Of a stretch of DNA of 64,000 nucleotides, positions 10,480-22,306 are shown piece by piece. The stretch covers positions 120,454 to 184,453 of the forward strand of contig CAWHCW010000018.1 of NCBI GenBank assembly GCA_963827965.1. Direction: 5' to 3'. This DNA comes from an uncultured Chloroflexia bacterium (GTDB taxonomy: Bacteria; Chloroflexota; Limnocylindria; Limnocylindrales; CSP1-4). Each line of letters opens with the position of its first letter. The first letter of the stretch is position 1. The notes beneath the pieces were generated by a model. It ran no database searches. It was not told the origin of the DNA and saw only the letters and a program-made list of their open reading frames with translations. A program made the translations under genes and the position numbers.

Positions 10480-11910
10480 TCAGGCCGGGATGGCGGGCAG
10501 GCTCGCTGCGGCTACCGCCTGGCCGTGCCGCTTCTCGCGTTCAGGGACGCTGTGGAAGGTCATCGACGCGGCAGCCGCCGGGTCCTCGGCCCGCATCACC
10601 TCTCGCGCACGGTTCGCGATCACGTCACCACCCCTGCCGGTGGTCACCCGCCCCAGCAGCAGGAGGTGGCCGAACTCGTAGAGCTGGCGATACTCGAGGA
10701 GGGCGTAGCCAAGGTAGGTTCCGATCGTCTCGTAGACCCGCTCCGCACGGGCGTCCCCCTCGGCCATCAGCTCCTGCAGGAGCACCAGGCGCTCCGGCAG
10801 CGAGATCCCGGGCTCGGTGTCGATCCCGGCCGGCGCCAGCAGTCGACCGGCGCCCTGCTGCGAGAGGTACTGGACGCCGCAGCCTCGATCGCCCGACCAC
10901 TCATCGACGGGCGCGTCTGGCGCGAAGTCGATCGGGGCGAACGCCAGCTCGTTGAGTCGCGATGTCAACCCGCCGGCGGGCGTCACGTACCCGGCCGCCT
11001 CGCTCGAGCCCATCGCCACGCCGAGCATCCCTCCGACACCCGCCAGCATCGCGCCGGCGAGGGCCGTCACCTCGCCGTCGTTGATGACCACGAACGGGAT
11101 CCCGTTCCAGGCCCGCTGGAGCTCGCCGAAGAGGCCCCGGACGCGCCGGTCGAACAGCTCGCGGGGGACAGAACGGAAGAGCGAGGCCACCCGGATCTCG
11201 CCGCCGATGTAGACGCCCGCCGCGCTCCCGCCGATCGCGTCGACTCGCGGCAGGTGGGCCGCTGCCTGTTTCAGCGAGTCGTTGATCTGGTCGAAATGCC
11301 ATTGCGGATCGGCGTGGCTGGCCGGATCCCAGGCCGTCTCGTCGCTGAACACCACCTCGCCATCAATCACGGCGGCGGTCTTCCGGTCGCTCGCCCCCAG
11401 GTCGAAGCCGATGCGACATCCCTCGAGATGCCGTCCGAGCAGCGAGATCTCGTCCGTGGAGGAGGGGAAGTCGGGTCGGGGGGCGGCCACGACCTCGAAT
11501 TGGGCGCGATAGACCTCGCCACCGAGGAGCCGCGCGTCGAACTGCCCGGTCGGATCCAGCCGGTAGTGGTGTCGCAGGTATCGCGCCAGCCGGGGAGGCC
11601 CATCCACCCAGATGCGGCTGCCACCGCACGACCAGAGCATGGACTTGAGGAGCCGCTCGCAGAACGCGTAGCTCGCGCCGACGTCGGGATGGCCTTCGTC
11701 GAAGACCATCGTCTCGCGGGCGCAGGCCGAGCCGCCCGGCTGCTCGACGGCGAGCGCGACGGGCCGGCCGGCCCCGGATTCGCGGACCGCTGCCTGCAGC
11801 GCGCGCCTCGCCAGCACTGCCGGCCGAAACCCGGCGTCGAGTGGCGGCACGACCCGCGGCGCCACCAGGTAGCGGGTCGCGTTCCTCGTGCTCTTCGCCC
11901 CCAGGACCAT
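10480..11910 (-). CDS. ROK-family sugar kinase (GlcNAc kinase-like) with an N-terminal extension of about 160 aa
   Basis: The ORF is intact from the ATG at 11910 (477 codons). ROK core motifs are GFDLGASDRK, VVINDGEVTALAG and GVAMGSSEAAG. It is the last gene of the GlcNAc operon. Confidence 0.8.
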   Translation of the reverse strand: MVLGAKSTRNATRYLVAPRVVPPLDAGFRPAVLARRALQAAVRESGAGRPVALAVEQPGGSACARETMVFDEGHPDVGASYAFCERLLKSMLWSCGGSRIWVDGPPRLARYLRHHYRLDPTGQFDARLLGGEVYRAQFEVVAAPRPDFPSSTDEISLLGRHLEGCRIGFDLGASDRKTAAVIDGEVVFSDETAWDPASHADPQWHFDQINDSLKQAAAHLPRVDAIGGSAAGVYIGGEIRVASLFRSVPRELFDRRVRGLFGELQRAWNGIPFVVINDGEVTALAGAMLAGVGGMLGVAMGSSEAAGYVTPAGGLTSRLNELAFAPIDFAPDAPVDEWSGDRGCGVQYLSQQGAGRLLAPAGIDTEPGISLPERLVLLQELMAEGDARAERVYETIGTYLGYALLEYRQLYEFGHLLLLGRVTTGRGGDVIANRAREVMRAEDPAAAASMTFHSVPEREKRHGQAVAAASLPAIPA

Positions 11911-11968
11911 GAATGAGCTCCCGTCCGCTGCCGCCGGGCCGTCTGCCCGGCACGATGCCCGTCGTGCG

Positions 11969-12670
11969 CTATGGGACCCGCTGCAGCCGACCCCGATACC
12001 GATCGAGGAGCTCGGCGTTGTGGTCGCGACCTCCGGCGTCGGCATGGGCTCGCAGGACCGGCGGCTCGACACCGCGACTCACGAGCCTCGCGACCGCGCT
12101 CACGACGACCTCGTGAAGGAGCGCAGCCGCGACGACGGTCGACGTCGGGCCGAGGGCCAGGTCCAGGTCGCCCAGGCGGACTGCAGCGTCGCCGCCGGCG
12201 GCCCCATTGTCGAGCACGACGTCCGCCACCTGGTAGAGCTTCAGGCCCGAGGAGTGGCGCGAGCGGGCAGCCCGCGACATGTCGAGCGATGTCACCGCGA
12301 TGACGGGAAGCCCGCGGGCGCGCCCCCGGCGGGCGACCTCGACAGGCGCTGCCGTCGCTCCGGAATGGCTGACGACGACCAGGCAGTCGGCATCGCCGAA
12401 CCTGGTGTCGGCCACGAGCGTCTCGCCGTAGCCCTCGAGCTGCTCGGCCGCACCCCAGGTCGGGTCGAAGATCACCTGGAGCGGGGCCAGGCCCCCGGCA
12501 CGGCGGCTGAGCTCCAGCGCGGCGAGCTGGGAATGGCCGCTCCCGAACGCGTAGACGATGCCGTCGCGGGCGACCGTCTCCTCGACCAGCCGGGCGGCGA
12601 CCACCAGCGACTCCGCGTTCGCCGCCCGCGCCCGTGCGAGGACGGCCGCGAGGGCATCCAGGTAGGGCAT
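11969..12670 (-). CDS. SIS-domain sugar-phosphate isomerase/deaminase-like protein (UPF0309-type)
   Basis: The ORF is intact. It has GIVYAFGSGHSQLAALE and VVSHSGATAAPVEVA motifs. The ATG at 12670 gives a family-typical N-terminus, and an alternative GTG lies at 12706. Confidence 0.75.
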   Translation of the reverse strand: MPYLDALAAVLARARAANAESLVVAARLVEETVARDGIVYAFGSGHSQLAALELSRRAGGLAPLQVIFDPTWGAAEQLEGYGETLVADTRFGDADCLVVVSHSGATAAPVEVARRGRARGLPVIAVTSLDMSRAARSRHSSGLKLYQVADVVLDNGAAGGDAAVRLGDLDLALGPTSTVVAAALLHEVVVSAVARLVSRGVEPPVLRAHADAGGRDHNAELLDRYRGRLQRVP

Positions 12671-12726
12671 GGCCGGTGGATGCTGGCTGCCCCGGTCAGG
12701 TCGCACGGGACCGGCGGCCTGCGCGC

Positions 12727-13914
12727 TCAGCGTCCCACCGCCCCGGCCGTCGATGGAACGGGGAGACCGGCTGCAGCGAGAGTCGCCATCAGCTCCGATC
12801 GGTAGGCGAGCTGGCCGCCGATGATCGTCGCCTGCACTTCCCAGCCATCGTCAAGCAGGACCAGGTCGGCGCCGCGGCCGACCTCGATCCGCCCCAGCGA
12901 CCCGTCGAGCCCCAGCGCGCGCGCCGGATTGAGCGTGGCCAGGCGGACAGCCTCCGCTGGCTCCAGGCCGACCCGGTCGACGAGATTCCGGAGCGCCCGG
13001 TTCAGCGGCAGGAGCGAGCCGGAGAGCGTGCCGTCGGGGAGCCGGCCACAGGTCCCGTCAGAGATGTACTCCCGGCCGGCGAGCCGATATTTGCCGGACG
13101 GCAGGCCCAGGCCCGAGAGCGCATCCGTCACGAGGTATGCCTCGTCGGGTCCCTTGACGCGGGCCACCAGGCGGAGCGTCTCGAAGGCCACGTGATGCCC
13201 GTCCGCGATGAAGCCCGCCGTCACATGGGTCGCGAGCACGAATCCGGCGATGCCGGGGTCGCGATGCCGGAGGGGGCGCATGGCGTTGAACAGGTGTGTC
13301 GCCTGCCCTGCGCCAGCCGCGACAGCCGCCTCGGCCTCGGCCCAGGTGGCGTCGGTGTGGCCCATCGCGACGCGAACGCCGCGACTCGCGAGGAACGAGA
13401 TGAGCGGCAACGCGCCCGGCAGCTCCGGCGCGAGGGTCACGTAACGAATGTCGCCGCCGTCGAGCCAGGCCCGGGCTTCGGCGATGTCGGGCGCTCGGAG
13501 CAGGGCTGGATCGTGCGTTCCAGGGTGCTGCGGGCTGATGAACGGCCCCTCGATGTGCACGCCCAGCGGGCGGGCCTCGCGGGCCGCGGGAGCCCGGCGC
13601 AGGTTCGCCAGCGCGGGAGCGTACGCGGCCACTGGCGACGTCACGATGGTCGGGACGAATCCGGTCACGCCGAATTGCGGCAGGCCGCGGCCGATGCGCT
13701 CCATGTCCGCGGCCGGGTCGGCGAAGTCGTCGCCGAACGCCCCGTTCAGCTGGATGTCCAGGAGTCCGGGCACGATCCGGGACGTGGGACCGCCCAGGCA
13801 GCCCTGGGTCGGGACCGTTGCCGGTTCGATGGCAGTGATCTTCTCGCTCTCCACGGTCACCAGGCAGAGCCCGCGGTCATCGGGCGCGTAGAGCCGACCG
13901 AACAGCATCGTCAT
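12727..13914 (-). CDS. nagA: N-acetylglucosamine-6-phosphate deacetylase
   Basis: The ORF is an intact 395 aa from the ATG at 13914. Motifs include PGLLDIQLNG, GVHIEGPFIS, AMGHTDAT, THLFNAM and FIADGHHV. Confidence 0.9.
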   Translation of the reverse strand: MTMLFGRLYAPDDRGLCLVTVESEKITAIEPATVPTQGCLGGPTSRIVPGLLDIQLNGAFGDDFADPAADMERIGRGLPQFGVTGFVPTIVTSPVAAYAPALANLRRAPAAREARPLGVHIEGPFISPQHPGTHDPALLRAPDIAEARAWLDGGDIRYVTLAPELPGALPLISFLASRGVRVAMGHTDATWAEAEAAVAAGAGQATHLFNAMRPLRHRDPGIAGFVLATHVTAGFIADGHHVAFETLRLVARVKGPDEAYLVTDALSGLGLPSGKYRLAGREYISDGTCGRLPDGTLSGSLLPLNRALRNLVDRVGLEPAEAVRLATLNPARALGLDGSLGRIEVGRGADLVLLDDGWEVQATIIGGQLAYRSELMATLAAAGLPVPSTAGAVGR

Positions 13915-15560
13915 TGCGTCACCTCGAGGCGGCGGTGAAGGCGGCGGCCGGGGCGCCGAGGCAGCTCGACGGGAAGCCTCCCCGCAAACGGAATCCGCCC
14001 GAGGAGGGCGTCGGCAAGCGCCTCCATCTGCGGGGCCTGGATGCCGTAGGTACAGACCGCGGCGACACCCCGACGACCGAGGGCCGCGTCGTATGGCGTG
14101 CGAAGCGCCACCGCGACGCACGGCCGACCCGGACCGGCGGCAGCCACCACCTCTTCGACGAGCGTCGCCTGGCCGGGGAAGCTGACGGCATCGAACATCC
14201 CGACGATCGCAAGGTCATGCGTCGCGACCGCGGCCGCCAGCGCTCTCGCCTGGGCGGGGGTCGGGTCGAGTGGCGTGACCAGCTCGTCGACCCGGATGCC
14301 TCTCTCGCGGAGGGCCTGCGCCAGCCCGAGCCGCAGGTACGACGAAGTCTCGGCCGGGGTGAGGTCGACGGGCACCGGCGCGACGAGCGCGACGCGGGAG
14401 TCAGCGCCGAGTCGGAGCGGCAGGCACCCCCCGGGATCGCGAACCAGCGTGACCGACGCCTCGGCGATCTCCCGCGCGAGGGCACGGTGGTCGGCGCAAC
14501 CCACGACCTCGATCGGTGGCTGGCTGCCATCCGGGGCCCGCAGCGCCCGGCGGGCCGCCAGGATTCGTTCCCTGGCGAGCACCAATCGTGCGCGGTCGAG
14601 CCGGCCCGCGCCAACCGCCGCGACGAACGCGACGAACGCCGCCTCCTCCACCTCCTGCGCGTGCGCCATCACGAACAGGTCCATGCCCGCCTCGGCCGCG
14701 GCGACAAGGGTCTCGGACAGGCGCTCGGCTCCTCCCGCCCCGCCCATGTCCATCGCGTCGCTCACGGTGATGCCCGTGAAGCCGAGCTCGCCGCGAAGGA
14801 CGTCCTCGAGGATCGCCCGCGAGATGGTCGCCGGGATCGGGCTGCCGCCCGCCAGGGCGGGCACGGCGAGATGGCCGGGCAGGACCGCGGCAGCCTGGGC
14901 CGCGATGCCGGCCATGAATGGGCGCAGGTCCCGTGCTCGGAGCTCGGCGCCCGTCCGGCGCACGATCGGCGTGGCGAGATGCGAATCCCCCTCCGCCGCA
15001 CCGTGGCCCGGGAAATGCTTGAGCACCGCCGCGACGCCGGCCTCCTGGAGCCCCCGTGTCATCGCGCCCACGAGCCGGCCGACGAGGGCGGCGTCCGACC
15101 CGAACGAGCGCGTGCCGAGCGGCGTTGCCGACACCGGGTAGAGGAGATCGCAGACCGGAGCGAACACGAGCGTCGCGCCCATCGCCGCGGCCTCGGCGCC
15201 GATCGCCCGGCCAGCCCGTGCAGCCAGGTCGGGCGAACGCGTCGCGCCAAGCGCGAGGTTCCCCGGCCAGGCGGTCGCTCCATCGCCGACGGCCTGCAGC
15301 TGCCCGCCTTCCTGGTCAAGCCCGATCACGAGCGGCGGGTCTCCGGCCGGCCGCGCGGCCTGGAGCCGGGCACAGAGCTCGCGCACCTGGGCCGGCGAGC
15401 CGACGTTCCGCGCCCGGAACAGGGTGACCCCCGAGGCACGGCCCTCTGCGATCGCCGCCAGGATGCCCGGCGACGGCTCCGTCCCGTCGAAGGTGCGCAG
15501 GAAGCGGACCCCGGCCAGGTCGAGCGCCGGATCGCGACCGGGGCGGGCGTGCGTCGTCAT
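13911..15560 (-). CDS. glycoside hydrolase family 3 beta-N-acetylhexosaminidase
   Basis: The ORF is an intact 549 aa from the ATG at 15560, with an ATGA overlap onto the permease stop. GH3 motifs are GLDQEGGQLQ and KHFPGHGAAEGDSH. Its stop overlaps the nagA start. Confidence 0.85.
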   Translation of the reverse strand: MTTHARPGRDPALDLAGVRFLRTFDGTEPSPGILAAIAEGRASGVTLFRARNVGSPAQVRELCARLQAARPAGDPPLVIGLDQEGGQLQAVGDGATAWPGNLALGATRSPDLAARAGRAIGAEAAAMGATLVFAPVCDLLYPVSATPLGTRSFGSDAALVGRLVGAMTRGLQEAGVAAVLKHFPGHGAAEGDSHLATPIVRRTGAELRARDLRPFMAGIAAQAAAVLPGHLAVPALAGGSPIPATISRAILEDVLRGELGFTGITVSDAMDMGGAGGAERLSETLVAAAEAGMDLFVMAHAQEVEEAAFVAFVAAVGAGRLDRARLVLARERILAARRALRAPDGSQPPIEVVGCADHRALAREIAEASVTLVRDPGGCLPLRLGADSRVALVAPVPVDLTPAETSSYLRLGLAQALRERGIRVDELVTPLDPTPAQARALAAAVATHDLAIVGMFDAVSFPGQATLVEEVVAAAGPGRPCVAVALRTPYDAALGRRGVAAVCTYGIQAPQMEALADALLGRIPFAGRLPVELPRRPGRRLHRRLEVTQ

Positions 15561-16381
15561 CCCTTCACCGACCCGGCGGTGAGGCCGCCCACCATCCGCT
15601 TCTGGACGACGAGGAAGAAGAGGAGGACGGGCAGCGTGAAGAGGGTCGACGCCGCCATCGTGGCCCCCCAATCGGTGCCGAAGCTCGTCCGGAAGGACCC
15701 GAGCCAGACTGGCAGCGTGTAGTTCTGGACGTCGGTCATGAAGACGAAGGCGTAGAAGTACTCGTTCCACGCGGTGATGAAGCAGAACAGCGAGGTCGCG
15801 ACGAGCCCCGGGGCCAGGAGGGGCACCGTGACGCGCACAAAGGCACCCAGGCGCGTCGCTCCGTCCACCATCGCCGCCTCCTCGAGATCGACCGGGATCC
15901 CGGCGATGAAGCCGCGCAGCGACCAGATCGTGAAGGGCAGCGTGAAGATGAAGTAGATGATCACGAGCGACGGGAGCTGGTTGTACAGGCCGACGTCGCG
16001 GATGACCAGGAAGAACGGGATGAGGAGCGCCTCGAACGGCGCCATCTGGGCGACCGCCACGAGAACGAGGAAGCCCGCCCGACCCCGGAACCGCAGCCGG
16101 GCGACCGTTGCCGCAGCGAGGAAGCCCACGACGAGCGCCAGGCCGACCGTGGTGAACGTGATGAGCAGGCTGTTGCGCAGGAAGTCAGGGAAGTGCGGCT
16201 GGCTGACGGCCTTGGCGAAGTTGTCGAGGGTTGGCGTGGGGAGGAAGACCGGCACGTAGGTCTGGATCTCGTCGGGTCGCTTGAAGGCGGTGTTGACCAT
16301 CCAGTAGACGGGGAATGCGAACAGGACCATCGCCACCAGGCCGACCGCGTTCAGGGTCGCCCTGCTGGCCCGCCGGCTCAC
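15557..16381 (-). CDS. carbohydrate ABC transporter permease
   Basis: The ORF is an intact 274 aa with six hydrophobic segments and an EAA-like loop (DLEEAAMVDGATRLGAF). Confidence 0.9.
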   Translation of the reverse strand: MSRRASRATLNAVGLVAMVLFAFPVYWMVNTAFKRPDEIQTYVPVFLPTPTLDNFAKAVSQPHFPDFLRNSLLITFTTVGLALVVGFLAAATVARLRFRGRAGFLVLVAVAQMAPFEALLIPFFLVIRDVGLYNQLPSLVIIYFIFTLPFTIWSLRGFIAGIPVDLEEAAMVDGATRLGAFVRVTVPLLAPGLVATSLFCFITAWNEYFYAFVFMTDVQNYTLPVWLGSFRTSFGTDWGATMAASTLFTLPVLLFFLVVQKRMVGGLTAGSVKG

Positions 16382-17352
16382 AGGTCCTCCTGGGACCGGA
16401 ACATCCGGTGGATGTACGGAATGAGCACGAGGAGGAGCAGCATCACCATGACGACCGACACGGCAGCGGCGATCCCGAACTGACTTCGGCTGACGCCGGT
16501 GATGTAGGCGTAGATGGAGAGCGTGACCGTCGCCCCGTCGGGGCCGCCCTGGGCCATGGTCCAGACCTGCGTGAAGACCTTGAAGTCCCAGATGATCGAC
16601 AGGAACGTCAGCACCAGGAGGAGCGGGCGGATCGCCGGCAGGGTGACGTACCGGAAGATCTGGCGCTCGCTTGCGCCGTCCACCCGGGCCGCCTCGGGCA
16701 GCTCAGCGGAGATGGACAGGATCCCCGCGTAGAGGCTGAACGCAACGAACGGGATGGCCTGCCACACGACGAGCAGGGTGATGATGGCGAAGGTCGAGAA
16801 GCCCGTGTCGAACCAGGAGTGGTTCAGCCAGTCGCCGAAGAACCCGAGGCTGCTGATGGCCCAGTTGACGACCCCGAGCTTGCTGTCGAAGAGCCACTGG
16901 AAGACCACGCTGCCGGTGAGGGCGGGCGTCGCCCAGGCCAGGATCATCGCTCCCGAGAGGAGCAGGCGGACCCGCCGGTCGAGGCGCTCGAGGAGCAGCG
17001 CGGCCAGCGTCCCGAGGACGATCGTGAGGGCGACGTTCGCGGCCATGAAGAGGAAGGTCCGGATCACGACGGAGGCGAACTCGGGATCCCGGGCGATCGC
17101 CAGGAAGTTCTGCAGCCCAACCCACGTGGTGCCGCCGTTGATCAGCTCGCGGAGCCCCATGTGCTGGAGGCTGGTCTCGACGACCAGCAGGACCGGGTAG
17201 CCGAGCAGGAGGACGAACGCGACGAGCGCGGGCGCGATGGCGAGGTAGGGCAGGGTCCCGCGGATCCTGCCCCGGGCCGAACGTCGAGAGGGAGCCACGG
17301 CCGGGCCGGGCGCCGGGCGACGGGCGTCTGCCATCGCGTGCGTCTGGGCCAC
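16378..17352 (-). CDS. carbohydrate ABC transporter permease
   Basis: The ORF is an intact 324 aa with an EAA loop (ELPEAARVDGASERQIF). It has a 4-nt overlap with the next permease. Confidence 0.9.
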   Translation of the reverse strand: MAQTHAMADARRPAPGPAVAPSRRSARGRIRGTLPYLAIAPALVAFVLLLGYPVLLVVETSLQHMGLRELINGGTTWVGLQNFLAIARDPEFASVVIRTFLFMAANVALTIVLGTLAALLLERLDRRVRLLLSGAMILAWATPALTGSVVFQWLFDSKLGVVNWAISSLGFFGDWLNHSWFDTGFSTFAIITLLVVWQAIPFVAFSLYAGILSISAELPEAARVDGASERQIFRYVTLPAIRPLLLVLTFLSIIWDFKVFTQVWTMAQGGPDGATVTLSIYAYITGVSRSQFGIAAAVSVVMVMLLLLVLIPYIHRMFRSQEDL

Positions 17353-17399
17353 GTCCGTTCTCCCTCTCGAGCGCTCTCAGCTGTGGCGGGGGACGCCGG

Positions 17400-18805
17400 T
17401 CACTGCGCCGCGTTCAGGACGGCGTCAATCTTCTGATCGGCTTCCTTGGCCGCGTCGGCGATGCTCGCGGTCCCGTTGAGGATCTTGGTGAGCATGGCCT
17501 TGATCGGGTTGTTCGCCTCGACGCCCGCCCAGCGCGGATCGTTCGGGGTGAACCCGCTGCCGGCGGCCGCTTCGGCAGCCTGGATCTTGAGGATCTGGGT
17601 CTCGGCAGTATCGGGGATCGCCGCCGCTGCCGACTTGAGCGAGGGGATCCATCCGTTGGCGATGAGGATCTGCTGGCCGCTCTCCGAGGTCAGCTGCTTG
17701 AGCCAATCGATGGCCTGGGCCTGGTTGGGGCTCTTGGCGGCGACGCCCAGGACGGACCCGCCGAGGAAGACCGGGACCGTCTTGCCGTCGGTCGCGCTCG
17801 GGATGGCCATCACGCCGACCTGGTCGGCCGTCAAGCGTGCCGTCCGTGCCGATCGCGCTTCCGATCTCCCAGCCGTTGCCGACGAACATGCCGACCTTGC
17901 CCTGGTGGAAGAGGTCGTACTCGGGCGGGTTCATCTCGTCGTTGTTCTTGGGACCCGTCGAGCCGGCGTTGTAGTAGTCCACGTAGTCCTGGATGCCCTG
18001 CATGGACGCGGTCGACTCCAGGGTCGCCTGCCAGGTGCCGTTCGAGCTCGTGGCCAGGGCGCCGCCCCGGTCCCAGATCATCTGGAGGAGCGAGTACCAG
18101 TTCTGGCCTGCGACGTAGAGACCGGAGAAGTCCTTGACGTCGGCGTTCTTCGCCTGGAGCGCCTTTGCGGCGGCGATGAGCTTGTCCTTGCTCGTGATCG
18201 TGGTGGGATCGATCCCGGCCGCTGCCAGGAGGTCCTTGCGATAGATGAGCACGCGGTCCCCGGCGTAGAACGGCATGGCGAAGAGCTTGTCGTCGTAGAC
18301 GCACGCGCTGTTGAGCGACGCCACGAAGAGCTGGTCGGCGCTGGCGCTGTCGTTGGAGGTCCCGCCGCCGAGGGCTGCGCGACTGCCGGTCAGGTCCGCG
18401 AGCGCGCCGGCCGCCTCGAACGTGATCGCCTGCGTGTTGCCCAACTCGATGATGTCCGGCGGCGTGTTGCTGGCGAGCGCGGTGGTGAGCTTGTCGGCGA
18501 TCCCGTCCCATTGCTGGACCTGGTAGTTGACCTTCCAGCCGGGGTGCGCCATCTGGAAGTCGGTGTCCAGCTGGACGACGGAGTTGTCGTTCAGGGACCC
18601 GTTCATCAGCCAGACAGTCAGGGTTCCGCCTTCCGGCGCGACCGAAGCAGGCGCGACCGAGGCGGGGCGCCGCCGAGGCGGGGGCCTGCGATTGCCCGGA
18701 GGTCGGCGACGGGCTCGCCGACGGCGATCCGGAGCTGCAGCCTGCGAAGGCGGTCGCAGCGATCAACGCGCCCAGCGCGACGGGGATGAACCTGGTACCT
18801 CTCAC
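17400..18805 (-). pseudogene. ABC sugar-binding lipoprotein with two +1 frame breaks
   Basis: The GTG at 18805 is preceded by AGGAGG. The signal and lipobox read MRGTRFIPVALGALIAATAFAGC. The body lies in ORF 17425..18606 and the tail in ORF 17400..17834. The length is 1406 = 3x468+2. The second break is near 17835 (acgctt-g-acggcc). Confidence 0.85.
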
Positions 18806-18872
18806 GACATGTCCTCCTGGTGTGCACGATGCCTACGGTTTGCGGAACGGCCCATATCGGGGCTCCTGGTCT

Positions 18873-20150
18873 TCAGCTTGGGATTCCTCCTCCCTGGGCA
18901 GGCACCTCCGCCGGGCCAGCTCCCACGAGAACCCGGGGTGGTGCAGGCGGTTCGCCGTGGGGTGCGTCTGATGATCTCGGGCGTCGCGGCCGGATTGGCC
19001 GGAGGCTGACTCCGAGCTCACGCGTCATCAGGAGCGCCGACGCCCCGAGGACGATGATGTCGTCGATGGGGCCGAGCTCGAAGGTCGTGTCGTCGGCGAG
19101 GGCGGCCAGCGAGCGGCTGGCGGCCGCCTCGTGGACCGCCTCGAGCCAGCGCTCGCCGAAGGCGGCCATCGTGCCGGCCAGGATGATCCTGCGGACGTGG
19201 AGTGCCCCGACGAGCCCGGCGAGCGCGAAGCCGAGCCGTCGTCCGGCCTCCAGCACCACGGCACCGACCTGGTCGTTGCCCGCCTCGAACGCGGCCACCG
19301 CCTCCTCGAGCGAGAGGCGGCCGCCAAGCACCGCCTCGAGCCTGGCGAACACCGCCCGGGCGCTCGCGACCGTCTCCAGGCAACCGCGCCGCTCGCAGCG
19401 ACAGACGTCACCGTCGGGTTCGACCACCGTGTGCCCGATCTCGCCGGCGCCGAAACCGTCGCCCTCGAACAGCGCGCCGTTGAGGACCAGCCCGGCGCCG
19501 ATCCCCTCGCCCACCTTGACCGTGATCAGGTTGCGCCCGCGGACGGCCCCGAAGACGTACTCCGCGAGCGCAGCCGCCTGGCTGTCGTTGGCGACGTGGA
19601 CCGGGAGGGAGAACCGCTCCGCCACCAGCGCGCCGAGTGGGAGCTGCCGCCAATCGCGCTGGACGGCCCGGATGATCGTCCCGTCGGAGGTGTCGACGAG
19701 GCCCGGCGCCCCGATGCCGATCCCCAGGATCGTGCCGTCGGTCGCCGCCAGGATCCGCTCGATCAGCTCGAGGGCCAGGTCCACCGCGCGGTCGCCGTCC
19801 GCGTTCGCCGACGGAACCTCCGCCCGCTGCAGGATCTCGCCTCGGAGGTTCACGGTGGCCGCGCTGAAGACCCGGTCGCCCAGGTCCACGCCGATGAGGA
19901 CCCGGGCCGTGTCCGGAACCTCGAGCAGGATGGGCGCCTTGCCCCCGGTGGATGGGCCCCGACCGATCTCCCGGGCGAGCCCGCTGCCAAGCAGCCCTTC
20001 GACCACGTCGGAGACGGTCGTGCGCGTCAGGCCGGTCAGGCGGGCGACTTCGGCCCGACTGACGGGTCCGTCGTCGTAGATCGTGGCGAGCACGAGCCGC
20101 TCGTTGTGTTCGCGCGTCTCGCGAAGCGTTGCCTTGCCGAGGGGTTCCAC
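18873..20150 (-). CDS. ROK-family transcriptional regulator (NagC/Mlc-like)
   Basis: The GTG at 20150 is in frame. An N-terminal wHTH (GPVSRAEVARLTGLTRTTVSDVVEGLL) precedes the ROK core (GVDLG, GIGIGAPG, HTVVEPDGDVCRCERRGCLET). The last ~45 codons are low complexity, so the true stop may be earlier. Confidence 0.8.
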   Translation of the reverse strand: MEPLGKATLRETREHNERLVLATIYDDGPVSRAEVARLTGLTRTTVSDVVEGLLGSGLAREIGRGPSTGGKAPILLEVPDTARVLIGVDLGDRVFSAATVNLRGEILQRAEVPSANADGDRAVDLALELIERILAATDGTILGIGIGAPGLVDTSDGTIIRAVQRDWRQLPLGALVAERFSLPVHVANDSQAAALAEYVFGAVRGRNLITVKVGEGIGAGLVLNGALFEGDGFGAGEIGHTVVEPDGDVCRCERRGCLETVASARAVFARLEAVLGGRLSLEEAVAAFEAGNDQVGAVVLEAGRRLGFALAGLVGALHVRRIILAGTMAAFGERWLEAVHEAAASRSLAALADDTTFELGPIDDIIVLGASALLMTRELGVSLRPIRPRRPRSSDAPHGEPPAPPRVLVGAGPAEVPAQGGGIPS

Positions 20151-20186
20151 GTGCTGCGCCTGTCGTTCGCCGCCGGGCCGGCGGAA

Positions 20187-20209
20187 CTTTGTCCATTGGT
20201 TGGACAAAG
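20187..20209. promoter_or_regulatory. 23-bp perfect inverted repeat; candidate ROK-repressor operator
   Basis: CTTTGTCCA-ttggt-TGGACAAAG lies 37 nt upstream of the ROK regulator GTG, in the divergent region shared with glnS. It is unusually AT-rich for this sequence. Confidence 0.5.
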
Positions 20210-20415
20210 CGAGGATACGACCTTTGTCAAGAGTCTTTCCTAAGTTCCGACATCGGTTCCCTCCCGGGGCTCCATGACCGCACCGGCCGGCCGGACGTCC
20301 GTGCCGTATCCTTCGGGCGCCATCGATGCGTGTGCGGTGAACCGGGGAGCCGCGGTCGAGCTGTTCGTCGCGCGAGCCGCGTCCCGATGAGCGACGAGCC
20401 GGGAGTCGCCGCCAC

Positions 20416-22126
<1,711 letters not shown>

Positions 22127-22206
22127 GCCGGCGGCATCCCCCGGCGGGTCCCACGGTTGAGGCGACGGCGCCGCGCGGTAGACTCTGGGCGCCCCCCGGG
22201 CATCGC

Positions 22207-22281
22207 TGGCGCGTGGCCTAACGGTATGGCACCTGACTCTGGATCAGGGGGTTCCAGGTTCGAATCCTGGCGCGCCAGCCA
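22207..22281 (+). tRNA. tRNA-Gln (anticodon CUG), CCA encoded
   Basis: I folded the cloverleaf by hand. The acceptor stem is TGGCGCG/CGCGCCA. The anticodon stem is CCTGA/TCAGG with loop CTCTGGA. The T arm is CCAGG-TTCGAAT-CCTGG. The discriminator is G, followed by CCA. Confidence 0.9.
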
Positions 22282-22306
22282 AACCACCCTTCATAGACTG
22301 CCTGTT

